28,517 nt of DNA from Candidatus Phoenicimicrobium oleiphilum (GTDB taxonomy: Bacteria; Atribacterota; Phoenicimicrobiia; Phoenicimicrobiales; Phoenicimicrobiaceae), in the NCBI GenBank assembly GCA_039638295.1, contig JBDIWJ010000017.1, positions 1-28,517 of the forward strand, written 5' to 3'. Each line of letters opens with the position of its first letter. Within the stretch, counting starts at the first letter, position 1. Positions 9,495 to 17,843 of the stretch are shown here, one piece after another. The position numbers and the translations under genes were made by a program. The notes beneath the pieces are model-generated. The model worked only from the letters and a program-made list of their open reading frames with translations, was not told the origin of the DNA and made no database searches.

Positions 9495-9522
9495 GAAGGG
9501 TTTTTAAAAAATTTGTAGTAAT
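9495..9522 (+). promoter_or_regulatory. Sigma-H-like promoter motif
   Basis: GAAGGGTTTTT-N8-TGTAGTAAT; same architecture as 19506, 20258 and 27824. Confidence 0.5.
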
Positions 9523-9565
9523 ATTATATAATGGTTATTACCCAAAAAGTAAACAAGATGGTATT

Positions 9566-9641
9566 GTAGGGGCACGATGAATCGTGCCCACAAGAGGCAG
9601 TAGGTAATGAACGACAAGGGCACAATTCATTATGCCCCTAC
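9566..9641. repeat. Inverted GTAG-REP doublet (REPIN-like)
   Basis: GTAGGGGCACGATGAATCGTGCCC ... GGGCACAATTCATTATGCCCCTAC; second copy at 27893-27969. Confidence 0.88.
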
Positions 9642-9786
9642 AATATAATTATAATAAATATTATTTCCAACGCGATACGCAATACGAGATGTAATCTGCT
9701 TTTAAATATTTTTTAGTTTTTTGGGCTACAATCATATAGTAATTATAATTTAAAATACCGAAGTAGATAGGATAGGAAAATTAGAA

Positions 9787-10329
9787 GTGGAAGAAAACAT
9801 AACCGATAAATTAGAGTTGTATTTAAAAGATTTAGAAGAACGATATAGATATTATTATGAAGTAGAGAGAAATAAGAAAATATTAGGTGAAAAGGTAGAT
9901 ATATTTGCTCGATCTTATACTGAGCATTTTCGTAAAGTTTTGACTGAGAAAATAAAAATCGACCAGCATTATACTAAAGAATATGCTATGGTTAAGGCAG
10001 AAAGAGGTTTTATTGGTAAAAACGAAATAGATAGATTTTCTCAATTTTTAAAATCTCTGGTTGATGAACTGGTTATTCCTTCAGTAGATGTTATGTCTAC
10101 TACTTTAAATGGAGTATTAATTACTGCTTCGGGGTTTTCAGAAGAAGCGATAAATTTTGCTAAAAAGTTCGAGTTTTCTAAGTCTTTCTGGTTAGGCATC
10201 AAGGGATGGTGTGATATAAGATTGATTTTAGTTGACTTAAAAAAAGAAAAGTTATATTCTAATCAAAAGGGGAAAGAAGTACTTTCTGCTTATAAGATTA
10301 AATCTTTTTCAGGAGGTGATAAAACGTAA
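9787..10329 (+). CDS. Hypothetical protein upstream of cstA
   Basis: 180-aa ORF with GTG start and AGGA RBS; codon usage like its neighbours; no motif recognised. Confidence 0.8.
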   Translation: MEENITDKLELYLKDLEERYRYYYEVERNKKILGEKVDIFARSYTEHFRKVLTEKIKIDQHYTKEYAMVKAERGFIGKNEIDRFSQFLKSLVDELVIPSVDVMSTTLNGVLITASGFSEEAINFAKKFEFSKSFWLGIKGWCDIRLILVDLKKEKLYSNQKGKEVLSAYKIKSFSGGDKT

Positions 10330-10468
10330 AATAAATATTTTGGTGTTTTTATAAATATAAGTTTAAGTTGCTGGGGCTATAAACAATTGTAGCAAAAAAT
10401 TATCTGACAATTTATTTTATAAATATTATTATTGTTTTTTAGTCAATAAAATAGGAGGTTAAGTACAA

Positions 10469-12079
10469 ATGAATCTTTTAACTTTAGTTTTAGTAACTTT
10501 AATACTTTTTGCGATTGCTCTTAAGACTTATGGTGGCTATTTAGCAAAGCTTGTAGGATTAGATAATAAAAACAAGACACCGGCACATACTATGACTGAT
10601 GGAGTTGATTATGTTCCAGCAAAAGCACCAGTACTTATGGGTCACCATTTTGCTTCTATTGCTGGAGGAGGCCCCATTTTAGGTCCAATCCAAGCTTCGG
10701 TCTTTGGATGGCTTCCCTGTTTTTTATGGATTGTCTTAGGGAGTATCTTTATTGGTGGAGTGCATGACTTTATGGCTCTTATTTCTTCGGTAAGACACGA
10801 GGGAAAAACAGTAGGAGAAGTAATTGGAAAAAATGTAGGAAAAAGTGCCAAAACATTATTTCTAATCTTTATCTGGTTAACTTTGGTTTTGATAATAGCG
10901 GTTTTTGCCATCTTAGTGGCTAAGACCTTTGCCGCCAATCCTTCTGTTGCTACTGCATCAATTCTATTTTTAGTAATTGCAGTAGGAATGGGTTTTGCCC
11001 TTTATCGTAAAGGTGCATCTCTTAGCCTTGTTACTGTAATCGGGGTAATTTTATTATTTTTATCCATCTGGATAGGCTTAAGAGCTCCTCTTGCTCTAGG
11101 TGCTAAAACCTGGATTTACCTCTTACTGATCTACGTATTTTTTGCTTCATCTATGCCTGTTTGGATTTTGCTACAACCTAGAGATTATTTATCTTCATTC
11201 TTGCTTTATACTGCTTTGGGCGGAGCAGTAATAGGTATTCTTATTGGCCGTCCAACCTTACAACTTGCTACTTTTACTTCTTTTAAACAACCAGTAGGTT
11301 ATCTATTCCCCATGCTCTTTGTAATAATTGCTTGCGGTGCAATATCTGGTTTTCATTCTCTTTGTGCCTCGGGGACAAGTTCTAAGCAATTAGATAAGGA
11401 AACAGATGCTCAGGTTATAGGTTATGGAGCAATGTTATTAGAAGGTTTATTAGCGGTTATTTCTTTAGGAACAGCTGCTATGTTAACCCAGGCAGGATTA
11501 GCTGAAGGATTAGCCAATTGGGGTGGACCAGTCGGTGTCTTTGCTCATGGTATGGGAAACTTCTTGGCTAATTTGGGAGTGAAAGAACAAGCTGGAATAG
11601 CTTTTGGTGCTTTAACTGTATCTGCTTTCTTACTTACTACCTTAGATACAGCTACCAGATTAGGAAGATATGCATTAGAGGAACTAACCGCTGAATGGGC
11701 GCCAGGTTTTTCTAACAAGTATGTAGCCACTATTATTACTGTAATATTTGGTGGAGCTCTTGCTTTAAGTGGTACCTGGAGTAGCATCTGGCCGGTATTC
11801 GGTGCTTCCAACCAACTTCTCGCAGGATTAGCCTTATTAGGAGCAACTGCCTGGCTGGCTCATATGGGCAAAAAATATACCGCGACTCTATATCCAATGA
11901 TTTTTATGATTGCAGTTACAGTTGTTGCCTTACTTACTATGGTATTCCAGAATTTTGCCAAAGGAAATTATTTGTTAGGTATTGTATCACTGGTACTATT
12001 AATACTTGCCGGGTTTGTCATTAATGAAGGAATGAAGTCTATAAATAAATTTAAAACCGCGAGCGCAAAGGCTGAATAA
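10469..12079 (+). CDS. cstA: Carbon starvation protein A family (peptide/pyruvate transporter)
   Basis: TPAH..DGVDYVP, GHHFASIAGGGPILGP, CGAISGFHSL, TTLDTATRLGR and FGASNQLLA motifs. Confidence 0.96.
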   Translation: MNLLTLVLVTLILFAIALKTYGGYLAKLVGLDNKNKTPAHTMTDGVDYVPAKAPVLMGHHFASIAGGGPILGPIQASVFGWLPCFLWIVLGSIFIGGVHDFMALISSVRHEGKTVGEVIGKNVGKSAKTLFLIFIWLTLVLIIAVFAILVAKTFAANPSVATASILFLVIAVGMGFALYRKGASLSLVTVIGVILLFLSIWIGLRAPLALGAKTWIYLLLIYVFFASSMPVWILLQPRDYLSSFLLYTALGGAVIGILIGRPTLQLATFTSFKQPVGYLFPMLFVIIACGAISGFHSLCASGTSSKQLDKETDAQVIGYGAMLLEGLLAVISLGTAAMLTQAGLAEGLANWGGPVGVFAHGMGNFLANLGVKEQAGIAFGALTVSAFLLTTLDTATRLGRYALEELTAEWAPGFSNKYVATIITVIFGGALALSGTWSSIWPVFGASNQLLAGLALLGATAWLAHMGKKYTATLYPMIFMIAVTVVALLTMVFQNFAKGNYLLGIVSLVLLILAGFVINEGMKSINKFKTASAKAE

Positions 12080-12170
12080 TTTCCTAATAAATTATTATCA
12101 AGAGTAATGCTATAACAGAATTACCAAGTTTATGAAGTCCTAGCAACTTATTTTTATAAATAAAATAAAG

Positions 12171-12209
12171 AATAAGGCTAGTAAGAGTTTTACTTTAACT
12201 AGCCTTATT
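12171..12209 (+). terminator. Terminator after cstA
   Basis: AATAAGGCTAGT...ACTAGCCTTATT stem followed by a T run. Confidence 0.75.
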
Positions 12210-12326
12210 TTATTGAAAACCTAATTAGTATGTAATATGTTGTCGTAGGTAGTATATATAGTAAGGAAATAAAAAAATAGTAGACAGAATCTAGAGCTCT
12301 ATTAAATAAAGTATGTTATATTTTTT

Positions 12327-12419
12327 GGGATTGCTTCCCCTGTTTTCGCAGGGGCAGGCTTACTTTGCTCCTCCATTAGACTCGTTGTTATGTCATTGCG
12401 AGCGTTAGCGAAGCAATCT
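12327..12419. repeat. (T)GTC-type palindromic repeat cluster
   Basis: GGATTGCTTC, inner hairpin CCCCTGTTTTCGCAGGGG, then TGTCATTGCGAGCGTTAGCGAAGCAATCT (12391-12419); relatives at 27531-27787. Confidence 0.8.
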
Positions 12420-12472
12420 AAAAACTATCCTACCTTAGTTAACTTAGCAATAGAATGGGTAGTTAGTAATAT

Positions 12473-12496
12473 GTAGGAGCTTGATTTATCAAGCCC
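12473..12496 (+). repeat. GTAG-type REP palindrome variant
   Basis: GTAG-GAGCTTGATTTATCAAGCCC, with stem GCTTGAT/ATCAAGC co-varied relative to other copies. Confidence 0.75.
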
Positions 12497-12538
12497 GATT
12501 ATTTGGGCAATCAAATTCAAATAGAAAGGATATTATTA

Positions 12539-13393
12539 ATGGAATGGCGATTAATCAAAGATGGTTATCATACTGGTTTTATAAATATGGCAATTGACGA
12601 AGCAATAATGATAGCTCATCGAGAAAGCTTAGTTCCTCCTACTATCAGATTTTATCAATGGCTTCCACCGGCTGTATCTTTAGGTTATTTTCAAGATTTA
12701 AAGAAAGAGATAGATATAGATGCTTGCCAGAATATGGGGATTGATATTGTTCGTCGGCCTACCGGTGGCAAGGCAGTTCTCCATGATAAAGAATTGACTT
12801 ATAGTTTTGTAATTAAAGAAAATCATCCTTTAGTAGATGATTCTATATTAGAGACTTATAAAAAGATTAGTGGAGGAATAATTAGAGGTCTTTCTTATTT
12901 AGGGATCAAAGCTAAACTAGTTCCTTTAAGGGAAAAATTACAGTCAGTAAATGGTGGGGATAAACCCAAAAATTTTCATCCAGATATTAAATCAATCTGT
13001 TTTTCTGTTCCTTCCCAATATGAAGTTCAAGTTGATGGTAAAAAGATTGTAGGGTCTGCTCAAGTAAGAAAAGGAGGAATAGTTTTACAACACGGCTCTT
13101 TATTGATAAAATTAGAAAAAGATAAGCTATTTTCTGTTTTTAATTTTCCTTCTATCCAGGTGAAAGAAAAACTTAAGTCAGGTTTTAATGCTACTAGTCT
13201 GGAAGAAGTTTTAAAGAGAGAGATATCTTTTTCAGAGTTATCGGAGGTTCTCCCCCGAGGTTTTGAGGAAGAGTTTGGAGTAAAGTTAGTGGAGGGCAAA
13301 TTAACTGAAAAGGAAGAAAAAATTTCAAAGGACCTTTTAGAAAATAAATATTCGACTTATGAGTGGAATTACCAGAGAAAATATAATTTATGA
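12539..13393 (+). CDS. lipM: Lipoate-protein ligase family, LipM-like octanoyltransferase
   Basis: NMAIDEA, RRPTGGKAVLHD, ICF..PSxYE, KIVGSAQ and LQHGS motifs. Start moved to ATG 12539 behind GAAAGGA. Confidence 0.88.
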   Translation: MEWRLIKDGYHTGFINMAIDEAIMIAHRESLVPPTIRFYQWLPPAVSLGYFQDLKKEIDIDACQNMGIDIVRRPTGGKAVLHDKELTYSFVIKENHPLVDDSILETYKKISGGIIRGLSYLGIKAKLVPLREKLQSVNGGDKPKNFHPDIKSICFSVPSQYEVQVDGKKIVGSAQVRKGGIVLQHGSLLIKLEKDKLFSVFNFPSIQVKEKLKSGFNATSLEEVLKREISFSELSEVLPRGFEEEFGVKLVEGKLTEKEEKISKDLLENKYSTYEWNYQRKYNL

Positions 13394-13450
13394 GAATAAA
13401 TTTATAAAAACATCATAACTTGTTTGTAAAAAAGAAAAGGAGCAGTTTAA

Positions 13451-14080
13451 ATGATTAAATTTAAAAGTAAATTTATCGTGATTGAAGGGGCTATAGGAGT
13501 TGGAAAAACAAGTTTAGTTTTATTATTAAGCAAAAGGTTTAATGCTAAACATAATTTAGAAGTAGTAGAAGAAAATCCTTTTTTATCAAAATTTTATGAT
13601 GATATAGAAAGGTATGCCTTTCAGACTCAAATATTTTTTTTATTGAGTCGTTATAAACAACAATTAGAATTAGCCCAACAAGATTTGTTTAATCAATTGG
13701 TATTTTCTGACTACTTGTTTGCCAAGGATAGGATATTTGCTCATCTCAACCTTTCCGGGAATGAGCTTTCAATGTATGAGCGCCTTTATGAGATTATGGT
13801 CAAAGATGTTCCTCAGCCCGATTTAATTGTTTACTTACAAGCGAGCACAGAAACCTTAATGAAAAGGATAGCGCTAAGGGATCGACCTTTTGAGCGAAAA
13901 ATATCTTACGATTATATGAAAAGATTGAATTCGGCCTATGAAGATTTTTTTTCTTACCCTGATAATTATAAAAAATCGACCTTGGTTAAAATTGATACTA
14001 ATAATATTGATTTTGTAGGTAAAAGTAAAGATCTTGAATTCATCATTAAAGAAATTTATAAAGGGGATAGTTTAAAATGA
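13451..14080 (+). CDS. dgk: Deoxynucleoside kinase (dGK-type subunit)
   Basis: IEGAIGVGKT P-loop, ENPFLSKFY, SDYLFAKDRIFA. Confidence 0.9.
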   Translation: MIKFKSKFIVIEGAIGVGKTSLVLLLSKRFNAKHNLEVVEENPFLSKFYDDIERYAFQTQIFFLLSRYKQQLELAQQDLFNQLVFSDYLFAKDRIFAHLNLSGNELSMYERLYEIMVKDVPQPDLIVYLQASTETLMKRIALRDRPFERKISYDYMKRLNSAYEDFFSYPDNYKKSTLVKIDTNNIDFVGKSKDLEFIIKEIYKGDSLK

Positions 14081-14712
14081 AGAAATTTATTATTGTTTCA
14101 GGGAATATAGGCAGTGGCAAATCAAGCCTGACTGATTTATTAAGTAAGAGATTAGGATGGACACCATATTATGAAGTAGTGGAAAATAATCCTTATTTAG
14201 AAGATTTCTATAAAGATATGAAAAAGTGGAGTTTTCATCTTCAAATATTTTTTCTTTCTAAAAGATTTATTCATCATCAAGAGATATTAAAGAATCCTGC
14301 CTCAGTAGTTCAAGATAGAAGTATCTACGAAGATGTGGATATATTTGCTAAAAATCTAAATCAACAAGGTTATATGGATGACCGCGATTATGAGAATTAT
14401 CGAGAATTATTTAGTATAATGACTAAATTTCTTTCTCCTCCTGATTTAATCGTTTATCTTCAGGCTTCAGTTCCTACACTTTTAAAAAGAATTTCTTTGC
14501 GAGGAAGAGATTATGAGAAAACTATCTCTGAGGAGTATTTAACCCAATTAAATGTATTGTATGAAGAATGGGTGGAGAATTTTAACATTTGTCCTATCTT
14601 AAATGTGCCTGCAGATGATTTAGATTTTGTTAAACGTCCTGAACATTTAAAATTAATTACCAATAAGATATTGGATAAACTCCAGGGAGTAGAAAAAGTA
14701 GTATTTGACTAA
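14077..14712 (+). CDS. dck: Deoxynucleoside kinase (dAK/dCK-type subunit)
   Basis: GNIGSGKS P-loop, NPYLEDFY, WSFHLQIFFL, QDRSIYED; ATGA overlap with the upstream kinase. Confidence 0.9.
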   Translation: MKKFIIVSGNIGSGKSSLTDLLSKRLGWTPYYEVVENNPYLEDFYKDMKKWSFHLQIFFLSKRFIHHQEILKNPASVVQDRSIYEDVDIFAKNLNQQGYMDDRDYENYRELFSIMTKFLSPPDLIVYLQASVPTLLKRISLRGRDYEKTISEEYLTQLNVLYEEWVENFNICPILNVPADDLDFVKRPEHLKLITNKILDKLQGVEKVVFD

Positions 14713-14715
14713 AAA

Positions 14716-14757
14716 GAAACAGGGACGGTTTTCTGTTTCATTTCGTCCCTTGTTTCA
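14716..14757. repeat. GGGACGGTT-loop hairpin repeat (plus partial inverted partner)
   Basis: GAAACA-GGGACGGTTTTC-TGTTTC followed by CGTCCCTTGTTTCA; relatives at 15238, 20102 and 26227. Confidence 0.75.
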
Positions 14758-14774
14758 AAGTTGGAGGGAATATT

Positions 14775-15182
14775 TTGAGAGCAGCATTAATTTATGGTGG
14801 AGATGATAAGAAATTAGAATTATTTACGAAGAAGATATTTTCTGCTATTGAAAGAAAAGGAAATGAATTAAAGGTAATTAAAGTAGAAAGAGGAGTAACT
14901 GCGGGTAATTTGTTACCTTATGAATTTATCTTTGTAGGCTGTCCGGTTTTAAGCTTATTTAAGGGAGAATTACCTTCTGAATTGACTGACTATATCAAGC
15001 GATGTGCTGGATTGGAAAGGAAAAAGACCATTGCTTTTATTATTCCGAGGTTAATCGGGAATGAAAAAACCTTAAAGAATTTGATGAAATTATTGGAGAG
15101 TAAGGGGTCTTTTATAATTGATTTTAGACAGATTAGAGATGTAGACAAAGATAGTGAATTGCTAGCCTCCCGTATGAAATAG
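14775..15182 (+). CDS. Flavodoxin-like fold hypothetical protein
   Basis: Alpha/beta pattern with YEFIFVGCPV...GELP reminiscent of flavodoxin-like domains; the canonical phosphate-binding loop is degenerate; TTG start after GGAGG. Confidence 0.65.
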   Translation: MRAALIYGGDDKKLELFTKKIFSAIERKGNELKVIKVERGVTAGNLLPYEFIFVGCPVLSLFKGELPSELTDYIKRCAGLERKKTIAFIIPRLIGNEKTLKNLMKLLESKGSFIIDFRQIRDVDKDSELLASRMK

Positions 15183-15237
15183 TGAATGTGGCAAGAACTT
15201 TTTTCTAAATTTCTCTTCCATTTTACCTTTTAATAAA

Positions 15238-15266
15238 TGGAGCAGGAACAACAGTCCCCTGTTCCA
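15238..15266 (-). repeat. GGGACGGTT-loop hairpin repeat
   Basis: Minus strand reads TGGAACA-GGGGACTGTTGTTCC-TGCTCCA. Confidence 0.7.
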
Positions 15267-15285
15267 TTTTGGTAGGATATAACGT

Positions 15286-16248
15286 ATGGCAGTTGATGTA
15301 TTAAAATATTTAAGAGAGAAGGAATACATTTCTGGTGAAGTATTAGCCAGGAAATTAGGTATCTCCCGAGTGGCAGTTTGGAAGCAGATCCAAAAACTAA
15401 AGGATATGGGATATGCGATAATAACTGATCAGAATTTGGGTTACTGTTTAGTTTCTCGTCCTGACCTATTAATCCCCCCGGAAGTTCAAAGAGAATTATC
15501 CACCTCCTACATTGGTAAGAAAATATTTTATTTTCCTGAATTAGAATCTACAAATATAATTGCTAAAGAAAAAGTCTTACATAGGTCAGAGGTAATAGAT
15601 GAAGGTACAATAATTATTACTGAAAAACAGAGTGCAGGTAAGGGTCGATTAGGACGTAAATGGTTTTCCCCAGCTGGCGGCATCTGGCTTTCCATAATAT
15701 TATTTCCCCAACTTCCTCCCTCTTATATCCCCCGAATAACTTTAATGACTGCTGTAGCGATAGTGAAGGCTATCAAAATACGCACCCAGATTAAATCCCA
15801 AATAAAATGGCCTAATGATATATTAATACAGGGGGAAAAAGTATGTGGAATACTGACTGAAATGAGTGCCGAATTAGATATAATAAACTGGATAGTAGTG
15901 GGAGTAGGCATAAATGTAAATATAGATAATCAAGAGTTTCCCGAAGATATTCGAGAGAAAACCACTTCCCTAAAAGAAGTATTAGACAGAGAGGTTCCGC
16001 GAGTTAGGCTAGTGCAGGTCTTTTTACAGGAATTTGAAAGATATTATGAAAAATTAAAAAGAAAAGAATTTCCTTCTATTTTAGAGGAATGGAAATTATA
16101 TTCCTGTACTATAGGGAGAGAGATAAGGATAAATATAGGAGAAAGAATTATTTCAGGGAAAGCTGTAGATATTAGCGAAGAAGGAGCATTGATTTTAAAA
16201 AAAGAAAATGGGGAATTAATAGAAATAATCTCCGGAACGATAATCTAA
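15286..16248 (+). CDS. birA: Bifunctional biotin ligase/repressor (type II, with N-terminal HTH)
   Basis: SGEVLARKLGISRVAVWKQI HTH; QSAGKGRLGRKW, KWPND, KVCGIL and GVGINVN motifs. Confidence 0.96.
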   Translation: MAVDVLKYLREKEYISGEVLARKLGISRVAVWKQIQKLKDMGYAIITDQNLGYCLVSRPDLLIPPEVQRELSTSYIGKKIFYFPELESTNIIAKEKVLHRSEVIDEGTIIITEKQSAGKGRLGRKWFSPAGGIWLSIILFPQLPPSYIPRITLMTAVAIVKAIKIRTQIKSQIKWPNDILIQGEKVCGILTEMSAELDIINWIVVGVGINVNIDNQEFPEDIREKTTSLKEVLDREVPRVRLVQVFLQEFERYYEKLKRKEFPSILEEWKLYSCTIGREIRINIGERIISGKAVDISEEGALILKKENGELIEIISGTII

Positions 16249-16298
16249 CAAATTAAAAATCCTATGGCACGGGTTTATTTGCCTCTGTCTATTAAAAT

Positions 16299-16322
16299 TG
16301 ACTCAATGAATCGAGCCCCTAC
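16299..16322 (-). repeat. GTAG-type REP palindrome
   Basis: Minus strand reads GTAGGGGCTCGATTCATTGAGTCA. Confidence 0.72.
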
Positions 16323-16372
16323 ACCATCCATTCATAAATGATTCTATGTTAAAGTCGAATTTATTTGATTTT

Positions 16373-16411
16373 TTGACATTATCGTTAACTTATGATAATA
16401 TATAGTTAACG
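16373..16411 (+). promoter_or_regulatory. bioY promoter overlapped by BirA operator
   Basis: TTGACA (-35, 16373), then CGTTAAC-N15-GTTAACG (16383-16411). This matches the established BirA site architecture (GTtAAC-N14-16-GTTaAC) and lies between birA and bioY. Confidence 0.85.
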
Positions 16412-16455
16412 CATTTAAAAAGAAAATTTTTACAAAATTTAGGAGGTTATCGGAG

Positions 16456-16989
16456 TTGTTAAAAATAAATATTCGTCAAATGAGCTTAGTTTCTTTATTT
16501 GCTGCCTTAACTTCAATAGGAGCATTTATCTCTATCCCTCTTTATCCTATTCCTATTACTTTACAGACTTTATTTACTCTCCTGGCTGGTATGACTTTAG
16601 GGAGTGTTCTAGGGGCTATTAGCCAAATAATTTATGTTTTATTAGGAGTGATAGGTTTACCAATATTTTCTGGTTTTACAGCTGGGGCAGGGGTTTTATT
16701 TGGACCTACGGGAGGATATCTATTTGGTTTTATAATCGCCTCTTATATTATCGGCAAAATGGTAGAACTAAAAAGAGAAAAAAATATTTTCTATTATATA
16801 CTGGCAGGGTTATCAGGAACTGTAATTATATATATTCTCGGGGTTACTCAGTTGTCTTTGGTTACAGGTATAGGATTGAAAAAAGCTTTAATAGTTGGGA
16901 TGTTCCCCTTTTTACCTGGAGACTTTTTAAAAATACTTGCTGCTTCCTTCATTGCTATTAAATTAAAAAAAGCAATCAATTTAAAATAA
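16456..16989 (+). CDS. bioY: Biotin transporter S component
   Basis: PIPITLQT, GLPIFSG, GPTGGYLFGF and PFLPGDFLK motifs; AGGAGG RBS, TTG start. Confidence 0.96.
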   Translation: MLKINIRQMSLVSLFAALTSIGAFISIPLYPIPITLQTLFTLLAGMTLGSVLGAISQIIYVLLGVIGLPIFSGFTAGAGVLFGPTGGYLFGFIIASYIIGKMVELKREKNIFYYILAGLSGTVIIYILGVTQLSLVTGIGLKKALIVGMFPFLPGDFLKILAASFIAIKLKKAINLK

Positions 16990-17055
16990 TTATAGTAAAT
17001 AAAACAATATGAATAAATTTGTAGCCCAAAATAAAAGGTTGTGATATAATTTAAA

Positions 17056-17142
17056 AACATAAGATTGCCAGGGGAGTAAACTCCCTTGAAATCCCTCTCC
17101 ATCCTGTTTTATTCTATTTCGGTTTTATATAAAACTTTCTCT
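17056..17142 (+). mobile_element. Degenerate copy of the ~100-bp MITE-like element, between the tRNA promoter and tRNA-Pro
   Basis: Aligns by eye with the reverse complement of 24351-24449 (AAGATTG(C/T)CAGGGGAGT(A/G)AACTCCC...TTTTATATAAAACTTT). The right TIR is eroded. Confidence 0.75.
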
Positions 17143-17150
17143 GTATTTTT

Positions 17151-17228
<78 letters not shown>

Positions 17229-17269
17229 TCTATAAAATTATAGATAACCACATTGAAGTACAATTTCTA

Positions 17270-17590
17270 TTACTTTGGACAACACTTAATGTTGCTTTTC
17301 ATTAATTCTTTATAATCACCTAAGGCATCATGAACCCAGCAATCATCCCCACCGGCGCTCTCTCTGAAAGTTAAAGCCATAATATAAGCAAGTTCTTTTA
17401 CCGTGGCTCCTGCTTCCAAGGCTCCCTTAAAATGTTTCTTTACACAGGGGACTGACCTGTTTTTAATAGCCAGTGCAAAGCAGATAAACTGATAGGTCTT
17501 TTCATTGATAGTGCGCTTCTCCTTATAAAGTTTATCAATCTCATCAAATTTCTGACTAAATTCCGGAAAAAATTCAGCTAATAATCTCAT
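17270..17590 (-). CDS. Carboxymuconolactone decarboxylase (CMD/AhpD-like) family protein
   Basis: KTYQFICFALAI..SVPCVKKHFKGALEAGATVKEL is a CMD-family pattern; last gene of the ArsR operon. Confidence 0.85.
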   Translation of the reverse strand: MRLLAEFFPEFSQKFDEIDKLYKEKRTINEKTYQFICFALAIKNRSVPCVKKHFKGALEAGATVKELAYIMALTFRESAGGDDCWVHDALGDYKELMKSNIKCCPK

Positions 17591-17829
17591 TTTTTTACCT
17601 CCTTAATCCATTTTTTAATTTCTTCTTTTTCTGGTATTTTACCTGCTACCTTTACCTCTCCGTTAATAACTAAAGCAGGTGTCATCATAACTCCATAACT
17701 AATAATTTTGTTGATATCGGTTATTTTGATGATTTCTGCTGCGATACCCAATTCTTTTACTGCCTCTTGGGCTAATTCAGTAAGTTTTTTGCATTTTGGA
17801 CATCCAATTCCTAAAATTTCAATTTTCAT
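17587..17829 (-). CDS. Small redox-active disulfide protein (thioredoxin-like, MTH895/Thioredoxin_3 type)
   Basis: ILGIGCPKC and YGVMMTPALVING motifs. Confidence 0.92.
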   Translation of the reverse strand: MKIEILGIGCPKCKKLTELAQEAVKELGIAAEIIKITDINKIISYGVMMTPALVINGEVKVAGKIPEKEEIKKWIKEVKK

Positions 17830-17843
17830 TTTTATTCACCTCT

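Noticed and set aside
9536..9731. Imperfect inverted flanks (CCCAAAAA..TAAA / TTTAG..TTTTTGGG) that might define a larger ~195-bp element; TTGTAGCCCAA recurs at 17019
   Set aside because: The matches are short and A/T-rich; chance cannot be excluded without a genome-wide search.
16848..17102. Minus-strand ORFs at 16848-17102, 19387-19587 and 24022-24342
   Set aside because: They span gene ends, promoters and repeats, with low-complexity composition and no family signal.
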